A DNA stretch of 37,821 bases from Candidatus Hadarchaeia archaeon (GTDB lineage Archaea; Hadarchaeota; Hadarchaeia; Hadarchaeales; JAGGTB01). Location: the NCBI GenBank assembly GCA_046538535.1, contig JBKHIS010000003.1, forward strand, positions 1 through 37,821, given 5' to 3'. The notes beneath the pieces are model-generated. The model did no database searches, was not told the DNA's origin, and worked only from the letters and a program-made list of their open reading frames with translations. Within the stretch, counting starts at the first letter, position 1, and the number at the start of each line of letters is the position of its first letter. A program made the translations under genes and the position numbers. This document shows, in pieces, positions 27,302 through 36,494 of the stretch.

Positions 27302-27802
27302 ATTAGAAGGACCTCATTAGAAAACCAGAGAGCAGCTCTTTTTGTTGATGTACAGAATATGTACTATTCGGCAAAAAATCTTTATAAAGGAAAAGTAGAT
27401 TATTCTGCTCTTTTTAAAGTGGCAAAGGATGGCAGAAGACTGATCAGAGCTATTGCTTATGTTGTGGAGTCCCATGCACCCGAAGAGGAGGAATTCTTTG
27501 AAGTTCTAGAAGAGATAGGATTTCAAGTTCGTAGGAAAGAATTGAGAGAATTTTACGACGGTAAAAAGAAGGGTGATTGGGACATGGGCATGGCTATAGA
27601 CTCGATTCGCTTATCGGAAAAAATAGATGTAGCAGTGATTGTTACCGGCGATGGGGATTTTAAATCTCTAGTACAATTCCTTAAAGCTGAGGGTATTCAG
27701 GTAGAGGTAATTTCGTTTGGAAAATCTACCTCAGAGGAGCTAGTTAAAGAAGCAGATGTTTTTTTGAACATGGATAAGAAAAAGGATATGTATCTAATGT
27801 GA
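27302..27802 (+). CDS. NYN-domain (LabA/DUF88) ribonuclease-like protein
   Basis: ALFVDVQN (upstream of first ATG), KGDWDMGMAID, TGDGDF and SEELVKEAD; start placed at ATT 27302. Confidence 0.85.
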   Translation: MRRTSLENQRAALFVDVQNMYYSAKNLYKGKVDYSALFKVAKDGRRLIRAIAYVVESHAPEEEEFFEVLEEIGFQVRRKELREFYDGKKKGDWDMGMAIDSIRLSEKIDVAVIVTGDGDFKSLVQFLKAEGIQVEVISFGKSTSEELVKEADVFLNMDKKKDMYLM

Positions 27803-27890
27803 TAATGATAATCTCTTGTTTATTCAGTAAAGTCAGTGACAAAGGAAAAGCATTTATGCACGTTAAAAGACTTTACTTAAATGTTTGAAA

Positions 27891-28271
27891 ATGGTAAATT
27901 ATTCCTTTTTGACCGAAAAATCAAAGGAAGGCGCTCTCTTAGACTTAAAAGCTGATATAGTAAGAGTTCTGATTAAGAATAATGGGACTTCTTGGGAAAC
28001 AGATCTTGTCCAGGACTTAAAGTCCTTTAGGGAATTGACTGATAGAAGCCGAGAAATAGAGAAAACCGAAGTTAAGAATGCTTTGGATGAGTTGAGCGAA
28101 AGTAATCTTTTGAGAATAGAGGATAGACTAAGGGCCTCGAGGAGCGGTTCAAAGGAAGACTCGCTAATAAATCTCGAGGATTTAGAAGACGCTCGAACTA
28201 CTTTTTCCAATGATGATAAATTGAGAGAATACGATAAAGCGATATCTGAAATATATTTCGAGGGAAACTGA
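27891..28271 (+). CDS. Hypothetical protein, possible winged helix
   Basis: Acidic protein with DIVRVLIKNNG...VKNALDELSESNLLRIE pattern resembling a wHTH. Confidence 0.55.
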   Translation: MVNYSFLTEKSKEGALLDLKADIVRVLIKNNGTSWETDLVQDLKSFRELTDRSREIEKTEVKNALDELSESNLLRIEDRLRASRSGSKEDSLINLEDLEDARTTFSNDDKLREYDKAISEIYFEGN

Positions 28272-28333
28272 AGAAAACCATTTCTAATTGGATCTCTGTA
28301 ATAAGAATATAAATACTAATAGACGCGAATACG

Positions 28334-28627
28334 GGACTATCGTCCAGAGACGAGACCGCCAAAGAATTCCACGACCTAGGTTAAGAAAAATGGAAAAAAG
28401 AGCACGATTACGGCAAAAGATGGAGAGTAGAAGGATTCTTCTCCGCCGTCAAAAGATGCTTCGGCGAAACAGTCAGAGCAGCGAGTCCAGAAGGAATAGT
28501 GAAAGAAGTCGAGAGAAAATTTATGCTCTACAACCTAATGACAAGCTTTAGAACGAAAACGAAGGCGGCGAGTCACCGGGTGACAAAGCAGAAGGATTTA
28601 TCTTTATCCGGAGTTGTTAAACAAAGC
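28334..28627 (+). mobile_element. IS5-family (IS903-group-like) right-end relic
   Basis: DLG*EKWKKEHDYGKRWRVEGFFSAVKRCFGETVRA...YNL with stop at 28382-28384; GAGTTGTTAAACAAAGC (28611-28627) resembles the reverse complement of the IS903 TIR GGCTTTGTTGAATAAATC. Confidence 0.8.
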
Positions 28628-28735
28628 AACTCAACCTTTAATTTTAAAAGGGGAAAGTCGCGGAAAAATAGAATAGATAAAAAGCAGAGGGTTTTAGGTA
28701 AAGAAATGATTGAAGTAAAGTAACACGTGATAGCT

Positions 28736-30043
28736 ATGAAGATACATACTATAGGCGGATACGAGAAAGTTGGAGGAAATATGACAGCTGTGGATGTTGA
28801 TGATCGGATAGTTATCTTTGACATGGGGGCTGATATAGAAAAAACTAAGCAAAGTGGAAAAAATTGGGGAACGATCACTCGAAAGGAAGCGATTAAAATG
28901 GAAGCGATTCCTGATGATTCAGAGTTAAAGCAGAAAAAGAATGAAGTCGTGGCGATTGTTGTAGGACATGGACATCAAGATCATTGTTTAGGAATCCCAA
29001 AGTTGGCGGACGATTATGATTGCCCAATAATAGCTACCCCGTACACTATTAGCACCATTAGAAGGATTGTTGAAAACGATGTGGAAAAGGTAAATAACGA
29101 ATTAGTTGCGTTGAATCCGGGCGAAACGTATGAAATTGCTTCTGATTTGGAATTGGAGTTTGTCCCGATAACCCATAGTATCCCTCAAACGGTTATACCT
29201 GTTCTAAAAACTGGAGAGGGTTTGCTTGTATATTCGCTTGATTTTAAGATAGATGACGAACCTACTTTAGGCGACCCGTTTGATGAGATAAAATTTAATG
29301 AGCTTAGGAGAGAAGGAATCAGAGCTCTAATAGTGGATTGTACTAGAGTGGATGAGCCTGGCGTGACTAGCTCCGAATCGCAAGTTAGAGACGATCTTGA
29401 GAGAGTCTTGGATAAGACCTATAATGAAGAGACAGGGGCCATGATTACGACCTTTTCATCACACATAGCTCGAATTAAAAATATTATTGCGGCAAATCAG
29501 GGAAGAAGGAAAATTGCTGCTTTGGGTAGGTCTTTAAAGGAGTACTTGACTGATGCTGAGGAACATGGGCTTATTGATTTGTCAGATATAAAAATAACTA
29601 AAAATCATTTTGAGATAGAAAGGCTTCTATCAAAAGCGTCAAAGAATAAATCAGAATACCTTCTTCTTGTGACAGGTTCTCAGGGTGAGCCTAATGCGAT
29701 TCTTTCCAGGATTTCAAGAGATGAGTATCCTTATAATCTGGAGGCCGGTGAGGTCGTCATATTTTCGAGTTCCATAATTCCCACTTCTACTGATGTCTTT
29801 AATAACTCTCTTTTGAAGAGGAGACTTCAAAAGAAAGGGGTTAAGATTGAAAATGATGTTCACTCTCATGGTCACGGTAGGCGGATGGATCATTTAAGAT
29901 TATTTAGAATATTAGATCCTGAAACCGTTATACCGGCTCACGGTGGGAAAAATAAGCAAAGTTCCTGTGCTGAGTTAGCAAGAGAGGAAAATATAGATTC
30001 CGTTTTAGTTTCAAAGAATAAAGAGACAATTTTCCTGGATTAG
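28736..30043 (+). CDS. rnj: RNase J-like beta-CASP metallo-beta-lactamase ribonuclease
   Basis: IGGYEKVGGNMT, DMG, HGHQDH, THSIP, DFKID, TFSSHIARI, TGSQGEP and PAHG. Confidence 0.85.
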   Translation: MKIHTIGGYEKVGGNMTAVDVDDRIVIFDMGADIEKTKQSGKNWGTITRKEAIKMEAIPDDSELKQKKNEVVAIVVGHGHQDHCLGIPKLADDYDCPIIATPYTISTIRRIVENDVEKVNNELVALNPGETYEIASDLELEFVPITHSIPQTVIPVLKTGEGLLVYSLDFKIDDEPTLGDPFDEIKFNELRREGIRALIVDCTRVDEPGVTSSESQVRDDLERVLDKTYNEETGAMITTFSSHIARIKNIIAANQGRRKIAALGRSLKEYLTDAEEHGLIDLSDIKITKNHFEIERLLSKASKNKSEYLLLVTGSQGEPNAILSRISRDEYPYNLEAGEVVIFSSSIIPTSTDVFNNSLLKRRLQKKGVKIENDVHSHGHGRRMDHLRLFRILDPETVIPAHGGKNKQSSCAELAREENIDSVLVSKNKETIFLD

Positions 30044-30162
30044 TAATATTAGTAAAAATAACGACTTGAAATTAATTTATTTTTATTCTGAGATTTTTAA
30101 TCCATATTTTAGTATTGATTATCTTCAATTCCACTCTAAGATAGATCGAGGAATTGTTTGTT

Positions 30163-30202
30163 TAAAAAAAGAAAAAGAAGATACATCGGTTTCTACCGAT
30201 GT
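30163..30202 (-). terminator. Terminator candidate downstream of the thermosome gene
   Basis: ACATCGGT-TTCT-ACCGATGT 8-bp stem (30183-30202) followed on the minus strand by a long T-rich tract. Confidence 0.6.
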
Positions 30203-30232
30203 CTAATTTGGTTATTCATATCTAGGAATCCC

Positions 30233-31885
30233 TTACATTCCTGGCATTCCACCGGGCATTCCGCCGGGGGCTCCACCAGGTCCGCCTGCGCCTCCGGCAG
30301 GCATTTCTTCTTGTTTGGCGGCAATCACATCATCTACTCTGAGAATCATGGTAGCGGCTTCACTTCCCGAAGAAACGGCTTGTTTCTTGATAGTAATTGG
30401 TTCAATAACTCCCTCTTTCACCATGTCTTTGACTTCTCCATCATATACATCGAGACCGTATTTGTTTCCGTCGTCACCATGCTTGGATCGAAGTTCTACA
30501 ATAGCATCGATGGGGTCCATACCTGCGTTTTCGGCCAGAGCACGCGTTATAGATTCTATGGCGTCTGCAAATGCCCTAACGGCTAATGCTTCCTTTCCAC
30601 CAACTTTGTCTGCATATTCACCTAGCTTCATTGACAGTTCTATTTCTGCGGCTCCACCGCCTGGGATCATCTTTTCGCTTTCTATAGCTTCTCCAACCAC
30701 GTTAATCGCATCTTTTAGACTTCTCTCGGCCTCGTCGACAATGTGTTCAGTGCCACCACGTACGAGGATGCTTACTGCCTTCGGATTCTCGCAGTCCTCA
30801 ATGAAAGTCATTTCATCTCCGGCAACCTTTCTTTCTTCGACTATCCCTGCCTTCCCAAGATCCTCTGACGATATGTCCTTAATGTTTGTTACTATGGTTC
30901 CTCCTGTGGCTCGGGCTAGTTTATCCATATCTGAGGATTTTGCCCGTCTAATTGCTAGAATTCCCTCCTTGGCCATATAATGTTGGGCTATATCATCAAT
31001 ACCTTTCTGGCAAATCACGACGTTGGCGCCAGCTTCCTTCACCTTCTGAACCATATCTTTAAGTTCCTTCTCTTCGTGATCAAGGAATTGTTGTAGCTGT
31101 TCAGGATCGCTTACCGTAACTTCACTGTCTGTTTCCGTTTCACCAACTTCCATTGGTGTATTAAGCAGTGCGATTTTAGCTCCCTCAACTCTGCTTGGCA
31201 TATTTGAATGTACCTTGTCTTTGTCCAAGACGAGGCCATCCACCATTTTACTGTCTCTAACGCTACCTCCGACTCTTGTTTCTAATGTAATGTTGTCCAA
31301 ATCAACAAGTTTACCGTCTGTTTCATCTACGACCTGTTTAGCGGCCTTTACTGCTAATTCGGATAGGACTTCTATATCGGATTCCACCTTCTTTCCTGTC
31401 ATTGAAGTCTTTGCAATTTGCTTGAGTTTTTCATCGTCGTCTATTGAGATGTCTATTGCCATGTTATCCAGTATTTCTCTTGCTTTGTTTGCTGCCATAG
31501 AGTAACCAGACGCCACTATCGAGGGATGAATGTCCTTGTCCAGTAAGTCCTTAGCTGCGTCAAGAAGTTCGGCGGCAAAAACGACTGCTGTTGTGGTTCC
31601 ATCTCCTACTTCGTCCTCCTGAGTCTCCGATACTTCGATTATCATCTTTGCTCCTGGATGTTCAATATCCATTTCCTCCAGGATAGTAGCTCCATCGTTA
31701 GTGATGACTATATCACCGATGCTACCAACTAGCATTTTGTCCATACCTCTTGGACCAAGTGTGGAGCGCACCGTATCACCAATTACTCTGGCTGCGCGGA
31801 TATTCGATTCTTGGGCATCTTTTCCTTTTTGTCTGTCTGTGTCTTCTGAGAGCACCAAAATTGGTTGACCTTGTGTATTTTGCAT
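30233..31885 (-). CDS. ths: Thermosome (group II chaperonin) subunit
   Basis: [26 protein letters not shown] and a GGM-repeat tail; GGAGGTGA RBS. Confidence 0.97.
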   Translation of the reverse strand: MQNTQGQPILVLSEDTDRQKGKDAQESNIRAARVIGDTVRSTLGPRGMDKMLVGSIGDIVITNDGATILEEMDIEHPGAKMIIEVSETQEDEVGDGTTTAVVFAAELLDAAKDLLDKDIHPSIVASGYSMAANKAREILDNMAIDISIDDDEKLKQIAKTSMTGKKVESDIEVLSELAVKAAKQVVDETDGKLVDLDNITLETRVGGSVRDSKMVDGLVLDKDKVHSNMPSRVEGAKIALLNTPMEVGETETDSEVTVSDPEQLQQFLDHEEKELKDMVQKVKEAGANVVICQKGIDDIAQHYMAKEGILAIRRAKSSDMDKLARATGGTIVTNIKDISSEDLGKAGIVEERKVAGDEMTFIEDCENPKAVSILVRGGTEHIVDEAERSLKDAINVVGEAIESEKMIPGGGAAEIELSMKLGEYADKVGGKEALAVRAFADAIESITRALAENAGMDPIDAIVELRSKHGDDGNKYGLDVYDGEVKDMVKEGVIEPITIKKQAVSSGSEAATMILRVDDVIAAKQEEMPAGGAGGPGGAPGGMPGGMPGM

Positions 31886-32032
31886 TTTATTTCACCTCCT
31901 ATTGAGTTGATTTGAAGCTAATTTGGTTAACTCGTCTCAATAGAACAAATTATCTTCACTTAAAGGTTTTATCTACAGAAAAGATCTTTAGGCCGTTCGG
32001 TGGTAAATTAGCTTGAGAAGTTCTTTTTCAGT

Positions 32033-33499
32033 TTAATTTTTCAAAATTTTTCTAACTATCTCGCGGATCCCGGTTTTGGAGCAGGTATATTTGTTTCTTA
32101 TTTTTTTGCCTTGTAGATTTTTCAGACCCCAGTGTGGATCCCATCCAGTGAGTTTGGTAAGCTTGTCCATTGCTTCTAAACCCTTCTTCTTTCTACCATC
32201 TTCCAGTGCTTTCAGAACTGCTGGAGCGAACTTGAATGGGTGAGCGGTGGATGCTATAATAGTAGTTCTTTTGTTTTTGGCTTTTCTATGGTATTTTTCG
32301 AAACATTTGACCCCCACTGCGGTATGGGGGTCTAGGAGGTAGTTTCTTTTCTGATAAATTTTTGAAATTGTCTCTAGAGTTTCTTCCTCAGTAGCGAATT
32401 CTCCATGGATTATTTTACTCATTTTTTCTTTGTCCGAACTTTTTACCGTGAACTTGTTGTTTTTTTCTAAAGAGGAATACCAAGAATTAATTTTATTTGA
32501 ATCATTACCCGAAACGTGGAAAAGAAATCTCTCCAGATTTGAAGAAATTAAGATGTCCATTGCGGGGCTGATTGTATGTTTCAGCTTCCGATCTGTGTCA
32601 TATAGACCAGTTCTGATGAAGTCTGTGAGGACATTGTTTTCGTTCGAAGCACAAATAAGTTTATTAATAGGAAGACCCATTTCCTTCGCGTAATACGCGG
32701 AAAGAATGTTTCCGAAGTTCCCGGTTGGAACTACAATGTCTATTTTTTCTCCTTTTTCAATCTTCTCATTTTTGGTAAGTTTAAGATATGAAAAAAACCA
32801 ATAAACGATTTGCGGCACAAGACGCCCCCAATTAATAGAATTTGCGGAAGAAAAGTTCTGGTGAAATTCACTTTTAAACTCTTTATCGGAAAAAATTTCC
32901 TTAACACCGCGCTGGCAGTCATCAAAACTGCCTTCTAACGCAACTGAAGCTGTATTCTCGCCTTTTGTTGTGGTCATCTGAAGTTCCTGAATTTCACTTA
33001 CTCCTCCTTCTGGATAAAAAACGATTATGTAAATGTCATCAACATTTTTGAATCCCTCGAGAGCGGCTTTACCTGTATCTCCGGATGTAGCGACGAGTAT
33101 AGCTGTTTCATTGTCCAGGGATTTAGACAGAAGCTTTGGCATAAATTGTAGAGGTATGTCCTTAAATGCCCCGGTTGGTCCATGCCATAGCTCGAGTAGA
33201 TGTGTTCTGTCCCCCATTCTTTTAAGTGATACGACATTTTCAATATCAAAATTGTCCCGGTATGAGGAGTTAATTACCTCATTTAAGGTGGATTTTGAAA
33301 AATCTTGCAAAAACTTATTGAGTATTTCAAGGGCGAGAGTACGATAATCATCAGTCTTGGGCTTATAAAGCTTGTTCATCTCAATTTCAGGAATTTTTTC
33401 AGGAACAAATAAACCTCCGTTTGGCACCATTCCTAATTTGATTGCCTTGGAGGCCGATACCTTCTCGTAATTCCCTCGCGTGCTAATATATTCAAGCAT
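32033..33499 (-). CDS. thrC: Threonine synthase (long form with N-terminal domain)
   Basis: YISTRG, GGLFVP, ELWHGPTGAFKD, ATSGDTG, NSINWGR, PTGNFGN, SSNLER and DPHTA. Confidence 0.95.
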   Translation of the reverse strand: MLEYISTRGNYEKVSASKAIKLGMVPNGGLFVPEKIPEIEMNKLYKPKTDDYRTLALEILNKFLQDFSKSTLNEVINSSYRDNFDIENVVSLKRMGDRTHLLELWHGPTGAFKDIPLQFMPKLLSKSLDNETAILVATSGDTGKAALEGFKNVDDIYIIVFYPEGGVSEIQELQMTTTKGENTASVALEGSFDDCQRGVKEIFSDKEFKSEFHQNFSSANSINWGRLVPQIVYWFFSYLKLTKNEKIEKGEKIDIVVPTGNFGNILSAYYAKEMGLPINKLICASNENNVLTDFIRTGLYDTDRKLKHTISPAMDILISSNLERFLFHVSGNDSNKINSWYSSLEKNNKFTVKSSDKEKMSKIIHGEFATEEETLETISKIYQKRNYLLDPHTAVGVKCFEKYHRKAKNKRTTIIASTAHPFKFAPAVLKALEDGRKKKGLEAMDKLTKLTGWDPHWGLKNLQGKKIRNKYTCSKTGIREIVRKILKN

Positions 33500-33649
33500 A
33501 TTTTACCAACTCATGGATTTAATTCTCTAAGTATATTTATTGTCCTATTATTTCAACTTATTATCTACTATTGCTGCACAGATAAAATTTTTAGTATTTA
33601 GGTGATTGTTTTTAATAATTTTAAAACAAATTCTTTTTGGAAGTTTGTT

Positions 33650-35155
33650 ATGAAAATTCTCTTGGTTGACGATAACAAAACCTTACTTGATCAAGCGAAG
33701 CTTTTTTTGGAAAGGGAAGACGAATGCCTCGAGGTTGACACCGTTTCTTCCCCTCAAAAAGCGCTTGAACTTGTTGAGAAAGGAGACTACTCGGCTGTCA
33801 TATCAGATTATCAGATGCCTGAAATGAACGGTCTTGAGTTAATTCAGTCAATTAAGAAAAAGAAGGATAAGCGTATTCCTTTTATCATTTTTACTGGAAA
33901 GGGTCGGGAAGAGGTTGCTATGAAGGCAGTAAATATTGGCGTGGATCATTACATTCAGAAAGGTGGAGATCCAAAGTCTCAATATACTGTGCTTGCGAAT
34001 ATGATAAAAAAATGTGGAGAGAGATATCAATCCAAACGAGAACTTAGGGAGAGTGAGCGACGATATAAGACGGTCTTTGAAAACACAGGAAGTGGTACAT
34101 TAATCCTAGAGGATGATGGGAGAATATCTATGGTGAATAAAAGAGCAATTGACCTGATTGGCTTGGAAAAGGATGAAGTCGTAGGTGAGAGGTGGCAGGA
34201 TTTATTAAAAGAGGAGGACGTCAAGGCGTTGAGCAAGTTGTTTAGGCTGGCTAGGGAGAATAGAAACTCACGAAGTATCGAAAATGAAGTTTCCTTTTTG
34301 GATGAGAATGGAGAGGAGAGATATTTTCTTCTTTCAGTAAGTGCTATTCCGGATTCCAGTAAGCTTGTTATTTCTTTTATTGACATAACAGAAAGGAAGA
34401 AGGCAGAGCGGGAGTTGAAGAAAGAAAAAAATTTACTTAATAGCATGTTCGAGAACTTTCCAGCATCTATTTATGTCAAAAATGAAGCAGGAGAGCACAT
34501 TAAAGTTAGCAGTAAACTTAGAGAAAATTTAGAGAAAAGGGGGATTGATAAGATAATAGGAAAAACAGATAGAGAAATATACTCCAAGGTGGGGGGGAGT
34601 TTCGATGAGGACTTTAAAATTATGGAGACTGAAGAACCAGTAATTAGGGATTTGAGATATAATCAGAGTAATGATTCCTATTATCTGACTTCTAAGGCAC
34701 CCTATTATGACTCGGATGGAAATGTGGCGGGCATAGTAGGCATGACTTTGGACGTGACGGAGAGGGAGAAGGCTAAGCAAAAACTTGAGCGAGAAAGCCA
34801 CTTGCTTAACTCTTTACTTGAAAATATTCCTGATTCAGTTTATTTCAAGGACAGTGAGAATAGATTCATTAGAGTAAGCAGAGCAAAAGCTAAACATATA
34901 GGCGTTTCGCCAGAGAATGTCAAAGGAAAGAAGGACTTGGATTTTTATCCTGAAGAAGAAGCTAAGAAAATGATGGAAGATGATAAGAGGGTTATGGAAA
35001 CCGGTGATTCAATCCGGAAGAGAGAAAGAGTAACGAGGCATAACGGGGAGAAAGTCTTGGTTTCTGTAAGGAAAGTACCTATGTACAAGGACGGAGATAT
35101 TGTGGGCACTTTAGGAATATCTAGGGAAATTAATGAGTATAATTCGAAAAATTAA
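33650..35155 (+). CDS. Receiver domain plus three PAS/PAC domains
   Basis: MKILLVDD, SDYQMPEMNG, FTGKG and YIQK; three PAS repeats ending DITERK, DVTERE and SREI. Confidence 0.9.
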   Translation: MKILLVDDNKTLLDQAKLFLEREDECLEVDTVSSPQKALELVEKGDYSAVISDYQMPEMNGLELIQSIKKKKDKRIPFIIFTGKGREEVAMKAVNIGVDHYIQKGGDPKSQYTVLANMIKKCGERYQSKRELRESERRYKTVFENTGSGTLILEDDGRISMVNKRAIDLIGLEKDEVVGERWQDLLKEEDVKALSKLFRLARENRNSRSIENEVSFLDENGEERYFLLSVSAIPDSSKLVISFIDITERKKAERELKKEKNLLNSMFENFPASIYVKNEAGEHIKVSSKLRENLEKRGIDKIIGKTDREIYSKVGGSFDEDFKIMETEEPVIRDLRYNQSNDSYYLTSKAPYYDSDGNVAGIVGMTLDVTEREKAKQKLERESHLLNSLLENIPDSVYFKDSENRFIRVSRAKAKHIGVSPENVKGKKDLDFYPEEEAKKMMEDDKRVMETGDSIRKRERVTRHNGEKVLVSVRKVPMYKDGDIVGTLGISREINEYNSKN

Positions 35156-35189
35156 AATTGATTGTGTTTTTTTTCTTAATGGTGGTAGA

Positions 35190-35840
35190 ATAGTTAGTTT
35201 CGAGTGGTTTGGGCAGGCGTGTTTTGAAATTTCGGATTCAATTACAATAGTAACTGATCCACATGATGGAGGGTCTGTTGGATTGGAACAACCAAGATGT
35301 AGCGGTGATGTTGTCACTATTTCCCATTACCATTTTGATCATTCGAACGGTAAAGATCTAGTAAGTGATGAGGGTACGTTATTTATTGATGATATAGGGA
35401 AACGGAAGATAAATGGACTGGAGATCCATGGAATTTCTAGCTATCACGATAAATCGGAGGGTAGAAAGAGGGGAGAAAATATTATCTTTATTTTTGAACT
35501 CGATGAAATGAAGATATGTCATCTTGGGGATCTAGGTCATAAGCTGGCTGAGAAAAAAATTGATGATCTGGGTAATATTGACGTCTTGTTAATACCGGTG
35601 GGTGGGAACTACACGATTAACGCAAGGGAGGCAGTTGAGGTCGTGAAGGATTTGAATCCTTCGGTTGTCATACCTATGCACTATAGGGTCCCTGGATTAG
35701 AAGTGGAAATATCAGACGATAGTGAGTTTCTTGAGCTAGCTAGAGATAACGGTTGGAGTATTGAGAGGAAAGAACAGGCTTCATTATCTCGTTTCGAAAA
35801 GGGCATTAAAATAATCAAATTAGATTGCAAAACTAGCTAA
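35190..35840 (+). CDS. MBL-fold metallohydrolase
   Basis: WFGQACF, TDP, SHYHFDH, HLGDLGH, PVGG and IPMHY; start uncertain (ATA 35190 or ATG 35133). Confidence 0.88.
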   Translation: MVSFEWFGQACFEISDSITIVTDPHDGGSVGLEQPRCSGDVVTISHYHFDHSNGKDLVSDEGTLFIDDIGKRKINGLEIHGISSYHDKSEGRKRGENIIFIFELDEMKICHLGDLGHKLAEKKIDDLGNIDVLLIPVGGNYTINAREAVEVVKDLNPSVVIPMHYRVPGLEVEISDDSEFLELARDNGWSIERKEQASLSRFEKGIKIIKLDCKTS

Positions 35841-35886
35841 TTTTTGGTAGAGATTAATTAGATGAGAAGACAAATTAATACCCATC

Positions 35887-36417
35887 ATGCCTTATTGGAA
35901 TATTCACAAGAAATGGGCTAAGAGATTTTTGGGAAAGGACTCTGAAAATCCATCTCTGATATCATTTCCAAGAGATAAAGATTTCATATTAAGGGGTCAC
36001 GATTTTAATAGGAGGCCGTGGCGGAATAAAGAAAATAGAACCATTGCTTTCAATGTATTCGGTAGAAGGGGCCTTAGACTTATGGATCTTCATTATTGTC
36101 TCGATCTTTTGAAGGAGGAATCAAATCCTAAAATTGTAAAGCAAAGGTGGAGCATGATAAATTCTACTAGACGAGAAATTTTTTTTAGGGATCTTTATCC
36201 AAGTCCTAGAAGTTTTGCCAAAATACTTGCTGGAAAAATTGAGCCGTTGGAAATAGATAGAAGTGTATTTAAATTTGTAATCGTCAATTTCAGAGAGATA
36301 CTTTACGATGTTATATCTGAACACGGGATTGATCCAGAGAGCATTCGTGAATGGAGAGATGAGACCTTTAATGAAATTATAGGAGAACTTGAGGCGCTTA
36401 GCAGTGAAACTGGATAA
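35887..36417 (+). CDS. Hypothetical protein
   Basis: 176-aa ORF co-oriented with the upstream genes; MPYWNIHKKWA, HDF and HYCLD. Confidence 0.6.
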   Translation: MPYWNIHKKWAKRFLGKDSENPSLISFPRDKDFILRGHDFNRRPWRNKENRTIAFNVFGRRGLRLMDLHYCLDLLKEESNPKIVKQRWSMINSTRREIFFRDLYPSPRSFAKILAGKIEPLEIDRSVFKFVIVNFREILYDVISEHGIDPESIREWRDETFNEIIGELEALSSETG

Positions 36418-36494
36418 TTTCTGACTATTGATGAAAATTTGTATGCTTATAAAAATAAAAATATTAAAATGGAAAGCGTAAAAATCTACTGAAT

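Noticed and set aside
28288-28723. ORFs 28288-28551 (Arg-rich) and 28499-28723 as real genes
   Set aside because: The first is an off-frame reading of the transposase relic; the second is its tail running into flanking DNA.
30236-30300. GC-rich short repeats
   Set aside because: They encode the normal Gly-Gly-Met tail of the thermosome.
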